From an uncultured Spirochaetota bacterium (GTDB taxonomy: Bacteria > Spirochaetota > Spirochaetia > SZUA-6 > Fen-1364): 64,000 bases of DNA. A model generated the notes under the pieces. That model saw nothing but the letters and a program-made list of their open reading frames with translations, searched no databases and was not told where the DNA came from. The stretch lies in contig CAWAHW010000005.1 of NCBI GenBank assembly GCA_963781885.1, forward strand, positions 128,001-192,000, written 5' to 3'. How positions within the stretch are numbered: the first letter of the stretch is position 1; each line of letters starts with the position of its first letter. Made by a program: the position numbers and the translations under genes. Below, one piece after another: positions 49,418 through 59,715 of the stretch.

Positions 49418-50452
49418 CTATGCGGCGGGGAAACGGAGCGTGATCGTGGTGCCGGCGTTCGGCGTGCTTTCCGCGAGGAATGAGCCGCGGTGCTCCTCCA
49501 CCGTCGTGCGGACGATCGTGAGGCCGAGACCCGCGCCGCCGCCATGCGCGCCGCGGGCGCGGTCGCCGCGGAAGAACGGCTCCGTGATGTGGGGCAGGTC
49601 ATCCGGGTCGATCCCGATTCCGGTGTCTGTAACGCTGAGGATGACGTGGCTTCCCGCCCGGTGGACCTTCACCTTTACCTCCCCCCCGGCGCGCGTATAG
49701 GCCAGCGCATTTTCCAGCACGTTGAAAAGCGCCCGCTCAATGGCAAAGGAGTTGCCGCTGATGCAGGCCGCCGCGCCGGTTTCCGCTACCAGCCGGATAC
49801 CCGCCGATTCCGCGCGGCGCGCGAGCTTCGCGGTGAGGGCGCGCGCCGTCTGCGCGAGGTCCACCTTCGCAAGAGGCGTCGCAGCCGGGGCACCCGGCGC
49901 GCCGCTGCGGGCAAGATCGAGCATCTGCTCCACCATCGTCGACATCCGCGCGATCTCCTCCAGCGAGCTTTCGATCACCTTGCGCGCCTCTGCGCTCAGG
50001 CCGCCCGCGCGCAGCGTGACCTCCGCCTCGCTCCGCATGACCGCCAGGGGCGTGCGCAGGTCGTGGGCGGCGTTCGCGTAGAAGTTCTGCTCCTCCGCCA
50101 CGGCGGCGCGGATGGGACGGAGCGTTCGCGTGGCGAGCAGCCAGCTGAGCGCGCCGGCAGCCACGATCGTGATGATGTCGGCCATGACGATCGTGCGCCC
50201 CAGCGATTCGAGATATTCCGCGACGCCGGGCCGGTCATCAGGCCCTTCCGCGGGTGGAAGCCCGGCCACGGATCTCCTGTGGTCGATGCTCTCCACGTCG
50301 TGGGCGTGGAACTCGTACAGCGACGCGCTCAGGAGCACCACGATGGCGACGATGATCGCCAGGTAGAGGAGGGAGAGCTTTCGGCGCGCGGAGCGGAAGC
50401 GCTCAGCGCTTGAACCGGTATCCCGCGCCACGGAGTGTCTCGATGCGATCAT
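49418..50452 (-). CDS. Sensor histidine kinase
   Basis: Two TMs, 'AAHDLRTPL', 'NVLENALAY', 'DTGIGI', 'GAGLGL'. Confidence 0.92.
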   Translation of the reverse strand: MIASRHSVARDTGSSAERFRSARRKLSLLYLAIIVAIVVLLSASLYEFHAHDVESIDHRRSVAGLPPAEGPDDRPGVAEYLESLGRTIVMADIITIVAAGALSWLLATRTLRPIRAAVAEEQNFYANAAHDLRTPLAVMRSEAEVTLRAGGLSAEARKVIESSLEEIARMSTMVEQMLDLARSGAPGAPAATPLAKVDLAQTARALTAKLARRAESAGIRLVAETGAAACISGNSFAIERALFNVLENALAYTRAGGEVKVKVHRAGSHVILSVTDTGIGIDPDDLPHITEPFFRGDRARGAHGGGAGLGLTIVRTTVEEHRGSFLAESTPNAGTTITLRFPAA

Positions 50453-51077
50453 TGCTTCCCGCTTCCGCCAGCTTGCGGCGCACGTTCTTCACGTGCACCT
50501 CCACGACATTGCTGCCCGCGTCGAACTCCTGGTCCCAGAGCCGCCGCGTGATCTGCTCCCGCGTGAGCACCTGTCCCGCGTGGCGCATGAGCAGCTCCAG
50601 GAGCCCGAACTCCTTGGCGGTCATGGCCACCATGTTCCCCGCAACCCTGATCTCGCGCGTGCCGGGGTCGAGCTCGATCTCCCCTTCGCTCAGCGTCATC
50701 TGCACCGGCTCACGCGGTCTGCGCAGGAGCGCCCGGATGCGGGCGGCAAGCTCGTCGAAGGAGAATGGCTTCGTGAGATAATCATCCGCGCCGGCGTCCA
50801 GCCCGAGCACACGGTCGGGTACCGCGTCGCGCGCGGTGAGCATCAGGATCGGCACGATGCGCCCCGACGAGCGGATGGACCGGCACAGCGCCAGCCCGTC
50901 GCCGTCGGGAAGCATCCGGTCGAGCAGGATCGCGTCGTAGTCATCGCGCAGCATGGAGAGAAGCGTGCGCGCGTCGGCGGCGCTGCCTGCGGAGTCGACT
51001 GCATATCCCTCCTGCTGGAGGCCCTTCTTCAGCGACGCCGCGAGCTTTTCATTGTCCTCCACCACCAGGAGCCGCAT
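50403..51077 (-). CDS. OmpR/PhoB-family response regulator
   Basis: 'MRLLVVED', 'LDRMLPDGDG', 'GADDYLTKPF', 'IETLRGAGY'. True start at 51077. Confidence 0.93.
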   Translation of the reverse strand: MRLLVVEDNEKLAASLKKGLQQEGYAVDSAGSAADARTLLSMLRDDYDAILLDRMLPDGDGLALCRSIRSSGRIVPILMLTARDAVPDRVLGLDAGADDYLTKPFSFDELAARIRALLRRPREPVQMTLSEGEIELDPGTREIRVAGNMVAMTAKEFGLLELLMRHAGQVLTREQITRRLWDQEFDAGSNVVEVHVKNVRRKLAEAGSNDRIETLRGAGYRFKR

Positions 51078-51161
51078 GGTGCAAAGATACCATGAAAGGC
51101 TCCCGCGGGCATAAGGCTGCTTTTTGTTGACGTTGCCTTGCACTGCTGGTAGCATTCCGGC

Positions 51162-52088
51162 GTGTTTCGCCTCGTCGTGATTTCGCTTCTGGTTGCTGCC
51201 GTCCTTCCTTGCATTCGATTCGACCGACCCGCCAGTCATGCCGCGGCTCCGGTGCGGATCCCACAGCCCGGCGAGCGCGAGATGCAGGCTCTGGCGGCGG
51301 CCTGGCCCGACAGAATCGCGCAGAGCGCCTTTCGCGACGGCGATTGGATGGTGCTGCTCGGCACCCAATGGTTTGCCTGGGCGGACGGCCGCATGCTGCC
51401 GGAGGAGGATCGGGGCGATTGGGAGAAGTACGCCCCCATGACTTTCTATCGCTATCCGCTGGAGCTTCCGTCCCTTTCTCCCCTGAGCGACGAACAGGCA
51501 GCCGCGATCCGAAGCCGCGTGAAAAGCGAGCAGCTCAATCCGCCGCGGAGAAACGAGCAATTCCTTGGGGCGCTGCTGCACGCGGGCGATCGTCAATCCA
51601 CCGCCGCCCATTTGGTATACATGCAGATCGCCGGATTTCCCGTCACCGTCCATGAGAGCATCCGGGTTCCCCTCCTTCACGTCGCGTCGGAGCTGGCGAT
51701 CTTGCGCGGCGCGGACGCCGAGGTGGCGGCATTTCTCCGCAGCCTCCACGAAATGGATGGATACAACTACCGGTTCGTCGAGGGCACGCGCACGCGCAGC
51801 CTCCACAGCTACGGACTTGCAATCGATATGATCCCGAGGAGCTACGGGGGAAAACACGCGTATTGGCAGTGGGCCATGAGCACGGTGAGCGACTGGTGGG
51901 CGGTCCCCTACGCCGAGCGGTGGATGCCGCCGCAGGCATTCGTGAAGGCCTTCGAGCGCGAAGGATTCGTCTGGGGCGGGAAGTGGCTTTTCTTCGACAC
52001 GATGCACTTCGAGTACAGGCCCGAGATATTCCGGCTCGCCGCCGAAGACGGATTGCCCGCGGACGCGCCGGGTCCGCAGGGGCGATAG
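51162..52088 (+). CDS. M15 family metallopeptidase (peptidoglycan peptidase)
   Basis: Signal/TM, 'SLHSYGLAID' (SxHxxGxAxD), 'FVWGGKW..DTMHFEY'. Confidence 0.9.
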   Translation: MFRLVVISLLVAAVLPCIRFDRPASHAAAPVRIPQPGEREMQALAAAWPDRIAQSAFRDGDWMVLLGTQWFAWADGRMLPEEDRGDWEKYAPMTFYRYPLELPSLSPLSDEQAAAIRSRVKSEQLNPPRRNEQFLGALLHAGDRQSTAAHLVYMQIAGFPVTVHESIRVPLLHVASELAILRGADAEVAAFLRSLHEMDGYNYRFVEGTRTRSLHSYGLAIDMIPRSYGGKHAYWQWAMSTVSDWWAVPYAERWMPPQAFVKAFEREGFVWGGKWLFFDTMHFEYRPEIFRLAAEDGLPADAPGPQGR

Positions 52089-52139
52089 GTTGCCGCCCCG
52101 CATGAAGCCCGGCACCGCCTGCCCGGGACCCGTCGGCCG

Positions 52140-53867
52140 CTATTCCGGGGACTGTACCGAGCTGAGAAGCCTTTCCGCGCCTTCCTGGAACGCCGCGGCC
52201 GCTGACCTGTAGTCGAAGCCCACGATCACGCTGAGCCCGCTGTACAGCGATTCGTGGAGGAACGCGGCGAGCAGCTTCAGGTAGGGCCGGCCGTCGATCC
52301 GGGAGGCGCCGTCCACGATCACAAGGCCATTCAGATCGAGGGCGCGCGCGACGGCGGAGACCTGGCGCATGACGAGCGCATGGATCGTTCCCAGCGCCTT
52401 CAGGTAGCGCTGCCGGTACAACGGATCGCGCTCGACGAGCGTGCGGATCTGGCGGAACCGATCCCGCACCTTGTGTCCCTTCTGATTGACCCGGTGGGGT
52501 ATCAGCCCCCTCAGCACCGTCACGAGGGTCCGGGACTGGAACAGCTTGTGCAGGGAGAAATAGAAAAGCAGCAGGATACCCTGGTTGCGCATGAGGCCGC
52601 TGCCGCGCGCGGCGCGGTTGAGGATGACGAGGAATCGCCCCAGCTCGCGGTCGATCGCCTTGTCCGCCCCCGGCGGGAGCCGGCTGCCGAAGGGGCTTCG
52701 CGCCTCCTCCCACCGGCGTATCTGCTCGGCGACGAGCTCCTCCATGCGCTGCATCTCCCGCCGCAGGCCGCTCTGCTTGACCTTGACGAGAAAGCCCCGG
52801 AGGGCCTCGGTCTCGGCGGCATCGAAGACATGTGCCGGCTTTTCCGCGCCTTGTCCTGAAACGGCGGCCATGGCGACGCCGAAATAGCCGTCCAGCTCAA
52901 TAAGGTAGGCAGCCGGATCCTTGATCGAGGGGTTTCGATGCACATAGGAGGTGACCATGTCGAGGATGCGCGCCGGGATGCCGATTTTTTTCGCCGCCTG
53001 CATGAGGAGGCGCCGCTGCGCGTACTCCAGCGCGTCGCGCATCGATTTCAGCACGTGGATGGAGGGGCTGGGCTCGCCCTGGAGCAGATCGAGGGCGGGG
53101 TCCTCCGGCACAAAGGCGAAATCCCGCAGGAACGCCGTGTCGTCGGGGGAGAGGCGGTCCTCCTCCGGCACGAGCCGATTGTAGTTCCCCGCCACGTCGC
53201 TGGGATGGAAGCCGTCCTTCAGCCTGCGTGAGTAGCGGTTGTGCCAGAGGTGCACGAGGGTGCCCGGGTATAGGCGGAGGACTTCCTTCACGTAGGCGCC
53301 CGCCGACGCGTGCGCCGTCGGCTCGGGGTTCGTCACGAGCACGAGCCTCTTCATGAACGGCACGTAGGCGAGGTTGTCATCATAGCTCATGCCGGCCGGC
53401 ATGTCGAAGATCAGAATGTCGTAGCGGCCGTCGATCTCCGCCAGATACCGGCCGTAGATCAGCTCCATGATCTGTCGGGCTTCCGCGGCTTTGAGCTTCT
53501 GGAAAGGGAAGAGTATTTCCAGGCCCTTGAAGACCGGCAGGATGAACGATCCCAACCCGTCCGTCGGCGACGCCTTGTCGCGCGCCTTCAGCACCTGCTC
53601 GGACTCGTAAATGTCCAGGAGAGAGGCGACGTCGGAAAGCGGGTCAAGGTCGGCCAGCCCGACGCGGAGGCCCTTGCGCGCATAGTAGATCGCGAGGTTG
53701 CACGCCGTGATGGTCTTTCCGACGCCACCCTTGCCCGAGCTCACGGCGACGGACTTGCCGACGACCCGGCGCAACGACGCCTGGTCGGAGCCCGCGAGCA
53801 TGCGCCGCGCGGTCTCGGAGAGGGATCCCGCGGATTCCCGGCCGCGCTCCGCCACGGTGCGCGTCAC
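52140..53867 (-). CDS. MinD/FlhG-like P-loop ATPase with large C-terminal helical extension
   Basis: 'SGKGGVGKT', 'DLDP', 'FDMPAG', 'VTNPEPTA'. Confidence 0.8.
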   Translation of the reverse strand: MTRTVAERGRESAGSLSETARRMLAGSDQASLRRVVGKSVAVSSGKGGVGKTITACNLAIYYARKGLRVGLADLDPLSDVASLLDIYESEQVLKARDKASPTDGLGSFILPVFKGLEILFPFQKLKAAEARQIMELIYGRYLAEIDGRYDILIFDMPAGMSYDDNLAYVPFMKRLVLVTNPEPTAHASAGAYVKEVLRLYPGTLVHLWHNRYSRRLKDGFHPSDVAGNYNRLVPEEDRLSPDDTAFLRDFAFVPEDPALDLLQGEPSPSIHVLKSMRDALEYAQRRLLMQAAKKIGIPARILDMVTSYVHRNPSIKDPAAYLIELDGYFGVAMAAVSGQGAEKPAHVFDAAETEALRGFLVKVKQSGLRREMQRMEELVAEQIRRWEEARSPFGSRLPPGADKAIDRELGRFLVILNRAARGSGLMRNQGILLLFYFSLHKLFQSRTLVTVLRGLIPHRVNQKGHKVRDRFRQIRTLVERDPLYRQRYLKALGTIHALVMRQVSAVARALDLNGLVIVDGASRIDGRPYLKLLAAFLHESLYSGLSVIVGFDYRSAAAAFQEGAERLLSSVQSPE

Positions 53868-53889
53868 ACGAATGCCCCTGGATCAGCGG

Positions 53890-55149
53890 TCACAGGATCT
53901 CCAGCGGCGGGGGCGGGGCGCCGCCTTCCCACGTGCCCTCCATGCTCACGTCGAAGGGCTTGCCGTAGAGGTATTCGAACAGGAACTGGAAATCCGCCTC
54001 CTCGATCTTGAGAAAGAGCACGCCGAAGTACGCGTTCTCCGCGTCCTTGAACTTCCGCATGATCCTCCCCCCCACGGGGATCGTGCGCCGGTCCATCTTC
54101 ACGGTGAGCTCCAGGTCGGTATGCACGAGCAGCTCCTTGGTGAGGTCCGCCGCCGTGTGCGCGAACAGCAGCCCCGATGCGCTCATGTCGATGATGGGCG
54201 CCTCGTACCGCCTCTCCGTGCTGTTCTCCACCTTGAAATAGCCGTTGGTGACAAGGGAGAAGCACAGCACCTTGGCGAACTGCTGGACGTACTCCAGGAG
54301 GTCCCGGGAGATCCTTTCCCGGCGCGCCGCCGTGTTCCAGACGTGGATGTACCCGACGACGTACTCGTTGTACAGCACGGGGCACCACAGCTCCGCGACG
54401 ATCTCCTTTTTCGTCTTCTCGTAGAGGATGTTGCCCAGCTTGCTCGTGATCACGTAGGGCTGGACCCCCGCCTCTTCCTCCAGCTTGATCAGCTCTCCCT
54501 TCGTGACGATCCGCTCGTCGGGGAACGGGTCGCGCACGGGGAAGTCATCCGCCGTCGACGGGATCCACAGGCACTTGCCGGTGCGCACGACCGTCTTTTC
54601 CTCCCAGGAGCGGGGCATCTTGTCGCGGAGCATGACGATCTTGTTGTCAGTCGCCTTCGATTCCATCTCCATGCGGAAAGTCTTCACGACTTCCTGGATG
54701 CGCTTTGCATCGAAGGTGGTGTCCTCTTCGGGAGGCTGCACGGGCGTGAAATGCTCCGACTTGGGGAAGTTCAGCTCCACCTTGGAGCCGTGGAGGCTGA
54801 AGGTCACGTCGATGGAGCCCTGCAGCTGGACCCTTTCGTACTTCCGCTGCAGATTCTTGTAGACTCCCGGCGGGTGCGTGACGACCACATGATCCGGGGT
54901 CGCTTCCAGGACGCGCGACGTGAAGGTGTGGTAGTTGTTCTTCAGATAGAAAAAGACGCGGATGTCCTCGCCGGCGACGAATCCTTCGAGCTTTCCCTCC
55001 AGGGGGCTCAGCTCCAGGCGATCGTCGGTGACGCCGGAGAAGCGGCAATGGAACTCTTTCCTGCTCCCATGCAGGTCACAGGCCGCATTGTCGTCCACGA
55101 GTGACTTGAAGACAAACTCTTTCTCTATCCGCCCGACTTCCGTGCCCAT
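53890..55149 (-). CDS. PilZ domain-containing protein
   Basis: 'QRKYERV' (RxxxR) and 'IIDMSASGL' (DxSxxG); YcgR-like N-terminal barrel. Confidence 0.82.
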   Translation of the reverse strand: MGTEVGRIEKEFVFKSLVDDNAACDLHGSRKEFHCRFSGVTDDRLELSPLEGKLEGFVAGEDIRVFFYLKNNYHTFTSRVLEATPDHVVVTHPPGVYKNLQRKYERVQLQGSIDVTFSLHGSKVELNFPKSEHFTPVQPPEEDTTFDAKRIQEVVKTFRMEMESKATDNKIVMLRDKMPRSWEEKTVVRTGKCLWIPSTADDFPVRDPFPDERIVTKGELIKLEEEAGVQPYVITSKLGNILYEKTKKEIVAELWCPVLYNEYVVGYIHVWNTAARRERISRDLLEYVQQFAKVLCFSLVTNGYFKVENSTERRYEAPIIDMSASGLLFAHTAADLTKELLVHTDLELTVKMDRRTIPVGGRIMRKFKDAENAYFGVLFLKIEEADFQFLFEYLYGKPFDVSMEGTWEGGAPPPPLEIL

Positions 55150-55153
55150 GGCG

Positions 55154-55936
55154 TCACTCCTGCAGGAGCCATCGATAGTCCGAGGGGAAGTACTTGTCCT
55201 TCGACTTCTCCTTCTTCACGGCGAGCTCCCCGAGACTGATCTGCATGTCCTCGACGAGCCAGAGCCTTCCCACCGGCGCGAGATAGATCTCCCCTTCGGT
55301 GGAGCTTTGTTCCGCGAACAGCCTGAGCGGGGCCGTGACCTCTCCATCGTCCCGGCGCGTGGGTGCGCCGAGCCGGAACGATTTCGGTGTGTTGCCGTTC
55401 GCCATCTCGTACTTCAGACTCTCCACGAGCGCCGCCTGTGAATCCGGGACGATGAGCTTCGCATCCACGTTGCCCGCAACCAGCGCGGCGAGGAAAATCC
55501 CTGCCGCTGCCATGGCGGCGCTCTGGTCCGCCGCCCCGGTGCGGTCGTCACCGAGCAGGCCGATCTTGAAATCCTCCGGCAGGATGCGCGTGGAGCGGCC
55601 CAGCGCCATGAGGGAGGCCGCATCTGAGAAAGCGCTTGGCTTCGACGGCTCGCCCGTCGGTTTCTGCGGGTTGAGCACGATCGCACTTGACGGCTTCTGC
55701 CCGGGAGACGCGGCGGGGGCCGCGGGAGCCGCGGCAGCGGTCGAGGCGCCGGCCGGTGATGCTGTGCCGGCTGTTCGCGGTGCCACCGGAGTCGTCACGG
55801 CTGCCGACGCTCCGCCCGCCGCCGCGGCGTTCGCGGTCCCCGGCTGTCGGGGACTTCGCTGGCACGCTGCCATCGACAGGGAAACCACCAGGGCGGTGGC
55901 GAGCAACAGCCGTCGCGTCACAGTTTTTTGTATCAT
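55154..55936 (-). CDS. Hypothetical lipoprotein with Ala/Pro-rich tether
   Basis: Lipobox-like 'SMAAC', low-complexity linker, folded C-terminal domain. Confidence 0.7.
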   Translation of the reverse strand: MIQKTVTRRLLLATALVVSLSMAACQRSPRQPGTANAAAAGGASAAVTTPVAPRTAGTASPAGASTAAAAPAAPAASPGQKPSSAIVLNPQKPTGEPSKPSAFSDAASLMALGRSTRILPEDFKIGLLGDDRTGAADQSAAMAAAGIFLAALVAGNVDAKLIVPDSQAALVESLKYEMANGNTPKSFRLGAPTRRDDGEVTAPLRLFAEQSSTEGEIYLAPVGRLWLVEDMQISLGELAVKKEKSKDKYFPSDYRWLLQE

Positions 55937-56026
55937 GGAACGTGCTTTTCCGTCTACGCCGGCGTCGTCCTGCGGGCGATCGGGACAGCTTTACAGAGCA
56001 CCCGCATCGTCATACTGTGGACGGGC

Positions 56027-57316
56027 ATGGGCGAAACCGAGCGTATTCTCGCACATCTGGAAAACGACTACACCGAGCCGATCCGCGACCCCATCTGGAA
56101 GCACATCTACGTGTCCCGCCCCCTGCTTGCGATCATCGAGCAGGAGCAATTCCAGAAGCTGGACCGGATCCGGCAGCTCGGTCCCGCGGCGCTCGTCTAC
56201 CCGGGCGCGACCCATACGCGGCGCAGCCACAGCCTCGGCGTGCTTCACCTGGCCCGGCGTCTCATCACGACGCTCGTGCGGAAAAACCACGATGTCGACA
56301 TCAGCATGGAAGGGGTGAAGGCTTTCCTCTGCGCGGCCCTTCTCCACGACATCGGTCACTACCCATTCGCCCATTCGCTGAAGGACCTCGACGTGGAGGC
56401 GCACGAGGCGATTGCGGCGCGGCAGATCCTGTCGGATTTCGCCCCCGCGATACGCGCGCACCTCGGCATCGAGCCGGAGGCGGTCGCCGCGATCATCGAC
56501 AAGGGAACGCGCTACACGGGCAGCGTGAATGTCGGCTTTTTCTGGAAGATACTCTCCGGCGTGCTGGATCCAGACAAGCTCGACTATCTCAATCGCGATG
56601 CGTTCTACTGCGGCGTGCCCTATGGCATCCAGGACGTCGATTTCATCCTGGAGGAGGTCTACCCCCATGCGGGCAAAGGCGTGGCGATAAGCCCCAAGGG
56701 AATCACCGCGTTGGAGAACATCCTCTTCTCGAAATACCTCATGTACAAGACGGTGTATTGGCACAAGACCGTGCGCATCGCCACCGCCATGATCAAGAAG
56801 GCCATCGCCCTTGCGCTCGCGGACAGCGCGATCGGTCGACCTGACCTCTATGGTCTGGACGACGAGCAGTTCTCCCAGCGCTTCGATGCGAAGCGTTTCT
56901 CCGGCTTCCAGCTCATCGAGGACACCCGCCGCAGGATGCTGCACAAGCAGGTGATGCACATCCCGTTCGCGGAGGACTCCGCCCTGCATCGCGGGCTGGA
57001 GAAGATCGAGACGCGGCTCGAGCTGGAACGACAGATCGCGCAGGAAGCGGCGGACGCGCTGGGGCGCGAGGTGCGGCCGGAGCATGTCATCGTCGATGTG
57101 CCCGAGCGTCTCTCCTTCGAGATCGACATCCCCGTCATCGATCCGCGCCAGGCGGAGCCGGAAGAGGGGGACGCCGGGGATTCCTCCTACGTCTTCAACT
57201 GGATGGGGCACCGGGATTTTCCACAGTCCCTGCGCTCCATTTCCGTGTGCGCGCGCGCCGATGCCGACCTGCTCGCCGTCCTGTCCCGCATGAATCTGCC
57301 CCGGCGCTTCGGCTGA
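56027..57316 (+). CDS. HD-domain phosphohydrolase (dNTPase/SAMHD1-like)
   Basis: 'IRDPIW', 'YPGATHTRRSHSLG', 'LLHDIGHYPFAH', 'DPDKLDYL.RD', 'VYWHK'. Confidence 0.9.
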   Translation: MGETERILAHLENDYTEPIRDPIWKHIYVSRPLLAIIEQEQFQKLDRIRQLGPAALVYPGATHTRRSHSLGVLHLARRLITTLVRKNHDVDISMEGVKAFLCAALLHDIGHYPFAHSLKDLDVEAHEAIAARQILSDFAPAIRAHLGIEPEAVAAIIDKGTRYTGSVNVGFFWKILSGVLDPDKLDYLNRDAFYCGVPYGIQDVDFILEEVYPHAGKGVAISPKGITALENILFSKYLMYKTVYWHKTVRIATAMIKKAIALALADSAIGRPDLYGLDDEQFSQRFDAKRFSGFQLIEDTRRRMLHKQVMHIPFAEDSALHRGLEKIETRLELERQIAQEAADALGREVRPEHVIVDVPERLSFEIDIPVIDPRQAEPEEGDAGDSSYVFNWMGHRDFPQSLRSISVCARADADLLAVLSRMNLPRRFG

Positions 57317-58119
57317 TGAGGGAATTGTCGGCCGCGGATGCGCAGCTTCTGGAGCGCTTCGCCCACCACGTCGGAAGGGGAATCAGCAGGTTCTCCATGA
57401 TACGCCCCGGCGACCGCGTGCTCATCGGGGTCTCCGGCGGCAAGGATTCCCTTGCGCTCAGCCTCGCGCTTGTCGTGCGGAAGAAATGGGTGCCCATCGA
57501 CTACGAGCTTTGCGCCGTCCAGGTGGAATGGCGGGAGTACCCGATGAGCGCGGAGGAGAAGGCGGGAATCGACGCATTCTACGAAGAGCTGGGCATTCCC
57601 TTCTCCCGGGTGCAGGCGCAGATCGCCCCGGCATCGTTCACGAAGAAGTTCAGCTGCTATACGTGCTCGCGCAACCGCAAGAGGATCCTTTTCGACGAGG
57701 CGGCGCGCCGGGGCGCGGGGCGCATCGCCCTTGCCCATCACATGGACGACATCGCCCAGACCACGCTCCTCAACATGTTCTTCCACGGCGAGTTTTCCAC
57801 GATGATGCCCGTGCAGGAGTTTTTCGGAGGCTCACTGGCCGTCATCCGGCCGCTCTGCGAGGTGCGGGAGGCGGAGGTGGCGCGTCTTGCCGCCCGTCTT
57901 TCGCTGCCCACCGCGCCCAATCGATGCCCCAACGCCCACACGAACAGGCGCACGCTGATGAAGGAGATCCTGCGCACGGCGACCCATGCCAACAGGAATG
58001 CCGTGTCAAACGTGTATTCGTCGCCGTGGCGGATCAATCGCGACTACCTTCCTTCGGCGCCCGCGGATGCCGGTAACGACGGGGAAAGCGACGACGCCTT
58101 GCCGGAGGACTGGCTCTGA
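57316..58119 (+). CDS. ttcA: tRNA 2-thiocytidine biosynthesis TtcA family protein
   Basis: 'SGGKDS', 'CYTCSR', 'AHHMDD...T.LLNMF', 'IRPL', 'CP'. Confidence 0.85.
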   Translation: MRELSAADAQLLERFAHHVGRGISRFSMIRPGDRVLIGVSGGKDSLALSLALVVRKKWVPIDYELCAVQVEWREYPMSAEEKAGIDAFYEELGIPFSRVQAQIAPASFTKKFSCYTCSRNRKRILFDEAARRGAGRIALAHHMDDIAQTTLLNMFFHGEFSTMMPVQEFFGGSLAVIRPLCEVREAEVARLAARLSLPTAPNRCPNAHTNRRTLMKEILRTATHANRNAVSNVYSSPWRINRDYLPSAPADAGNDGESDDALPEDWL

Positions 58120-58138
58120 CGTAGAATCCCGGTGACTC

Positions 58139-58888
58139 ATGCGATGTGCGATCATCAGTGACATACACGCCAACGGGGAAGCGTTGGCGGCGGTGCTTGC
58201 GGAAATTGACACCCTCGACGTGGAGGCCGTCTATTGCCTCGGCGACCTTGTCGGGTACAACGCCGACCCGGACTTCTGCGTGCGGACGGTGCTTTCCCGG
58301 TGCGATGCGACGATACGCGGCAATCACGACAAGGCAGTGGCGGGTCTTCTGACGCTGGAATGGTTCAACGGCAACGCGCGGGATGCCGCGCTCTGGACCC
58401 GCGGCGCCGTCTCGGAAGACACAATGGCTGCCCTGCGCGCGCTCGTCCAGGGACCGAAGCAGCCGGCGTCGGGCATCCTGCTCTGCCACGGCACGCCGTA
58501 CGACGAGGATGAGTACCTTCTGGACCGGCAGACGATGGAACTGAGCATGCAATGCGTCGAAAAAGACTGGCCGGAAACAAGCTTTTGCTTCCACGGGCAC
58601 ACCCATTCCCCGCTCATTGCGTCCAGAAAAAGGGGCGAATCGCGCATCCGCGTCCACACGTGGCAGGAGACGACCCGCCTGGAGGCGCATTCGGTTTATC
58701 TCATCAACCCCGGTTCCGTGGGCCAGCCGAGGGATGGAATAGCCATGGCATCTTTTGGTATATTAGATAGCGGCAAAATGCTCTACACGAACCGGCGCGT
58801 GGCCTATGATATACCCGCTACCCAGGAGAAGATCGTGAGGGCAGGGCTGCCCCCCGTGCTTGCGCGACGTCTTGCCGAAGGGCGATAG
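58139..58888 (+). CDS. Metallophosphoesterase family protein
   Basis: 'SDIHAN', 'GDLVGY', 'GNHD', 'HGHTH', 'INPGSVGQPRDG'; promoter TTGCCG-17-TAGAAT. Confidence 0.92.
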   Translation: MRCAIISDIHANGEALAAVLAEIDTLDVEAVYCLGDLVGYNADPDFCVRTVLSRCDATIRGNHDKAVAGLLTLEWFNGNARDAALWTRGAVSEDTMAALRALVQGPKQPASGILLCHGTPYDEDEYLLDRQTMELSMQCVEKDWPETSFCFHGHTHSPLIASRKRGESRIRVHTWQETTRLEAHSVYLINPGSVGQPRDGIAMASFGILDSGKMLYTNRRVAYDIPATQEKIVRAGLPPVLARRLAEGR

Positions 58889-58901
58889 GAGAGGAGAGGG
58901 G

Positions 58902-59345
58902 ATGAAATCTCAGCTCATGGAGGAAAGGATCCGCCGCGTGTCGGTGCTCTTTTCCGAGCTTAGCTTCCGTGTGGTCGAGGATGAACGGTCTCACAACGCC
59001 TATTCGGCGACCTTCGAGGACGACGATGCGTTTCAGGCCGGCGTGCTCATCGAACGGGGGAGCAGGTTCCTGGAGCTGGCGTATGCCCTCACGTTTCCGC
59101 CCACGTTTTCCCAGCTCATGAAGGGCAAGCTGGAAGAGATGCTGAAGATCTGCTACGAGTTCGGCTGCTATATAAGCCTCCAGCAGACGGCATCGGAGAT
59201 AAACTATTCCGTGTTCACCAAAATCTATTACTCGGGCTTGAACTACTATTCGCTTCGGGACAGCCTCCGCGATTTCCGCGAATGCGTCGCCGCCCTGATG
59301 GATCTCCTGGAGCTGGGCAAGGAAGCAAGCGAAAGCTCGCTGTAG
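58902..59345 (+). CDS. Hypothetical protein, possible YbjN/CesT-like fold
   Basis: Strong SD. About 147 aa with a helix-strands-helix-strands-helix pattern; fold guess only. Confidence 0.6.
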   Translation: MKSQLMEERIRRVSVLFSELSFRVVEDERSHNAYSATFEDDDAFQAGVLIERGSRFLELAYALTFPPTFSQLMKGKLEEMLKICYEFGCYISLQQTASEINYSVFTKIYYSGLNYYSLRDSLRDFRECVAALMDLLELGKEASESSL

Positions 59346-59418
59346 CTCGCCGCGGGGTTTTTCCGTCGCCGCAGCCTCCCGGGCCGACACGACAGGGCGA
59401 CGCCCGCCGCTCATCGAT

Positions 59419-59706
59419 TCAATAGCTTTCCGAAAAGACCTCTGTTTCCTGGAGCACGCCTTCGCAGTTCTTCTCCACGAACGCAAGCGCCTTCTGCATG
59501 ACCGACTCGCCGAACGCGCGGGAGTTGGACACGATTGCCGCGCCCAGCTGGGCGTGCGAAAGTGAATCCTGGAGATCCACCTCCGCGACGGACATGTGGA
59601 ACTTGTTCGCGAGCTTCTCCTTGAGCGACACGACGATCCGTCTCTTGTCCTTGATGGATTCCACCGGGGGCAGGGCGATGCGGAACTGGATCATGGAGAC
59701 GACCAT
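59419..59706 (-). CDS. DUF503 (YlxP-like) protein
   Basis: 'SIKDKRRIVVSLKEKL..KF..SVAEVD.QD'. Confidence 0.85.
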   Translation of the reverse strand: MVVSMIQFRIALPPVESIKDKRRIVVSLKEKLANKFHMSVAEVDLQDSLSHAQLGAAIVSNSRAFGESVMQKALAFVEKNCEGVLQETEVFSESY

Positions 59707-59715
59707 CCCGAGAGT

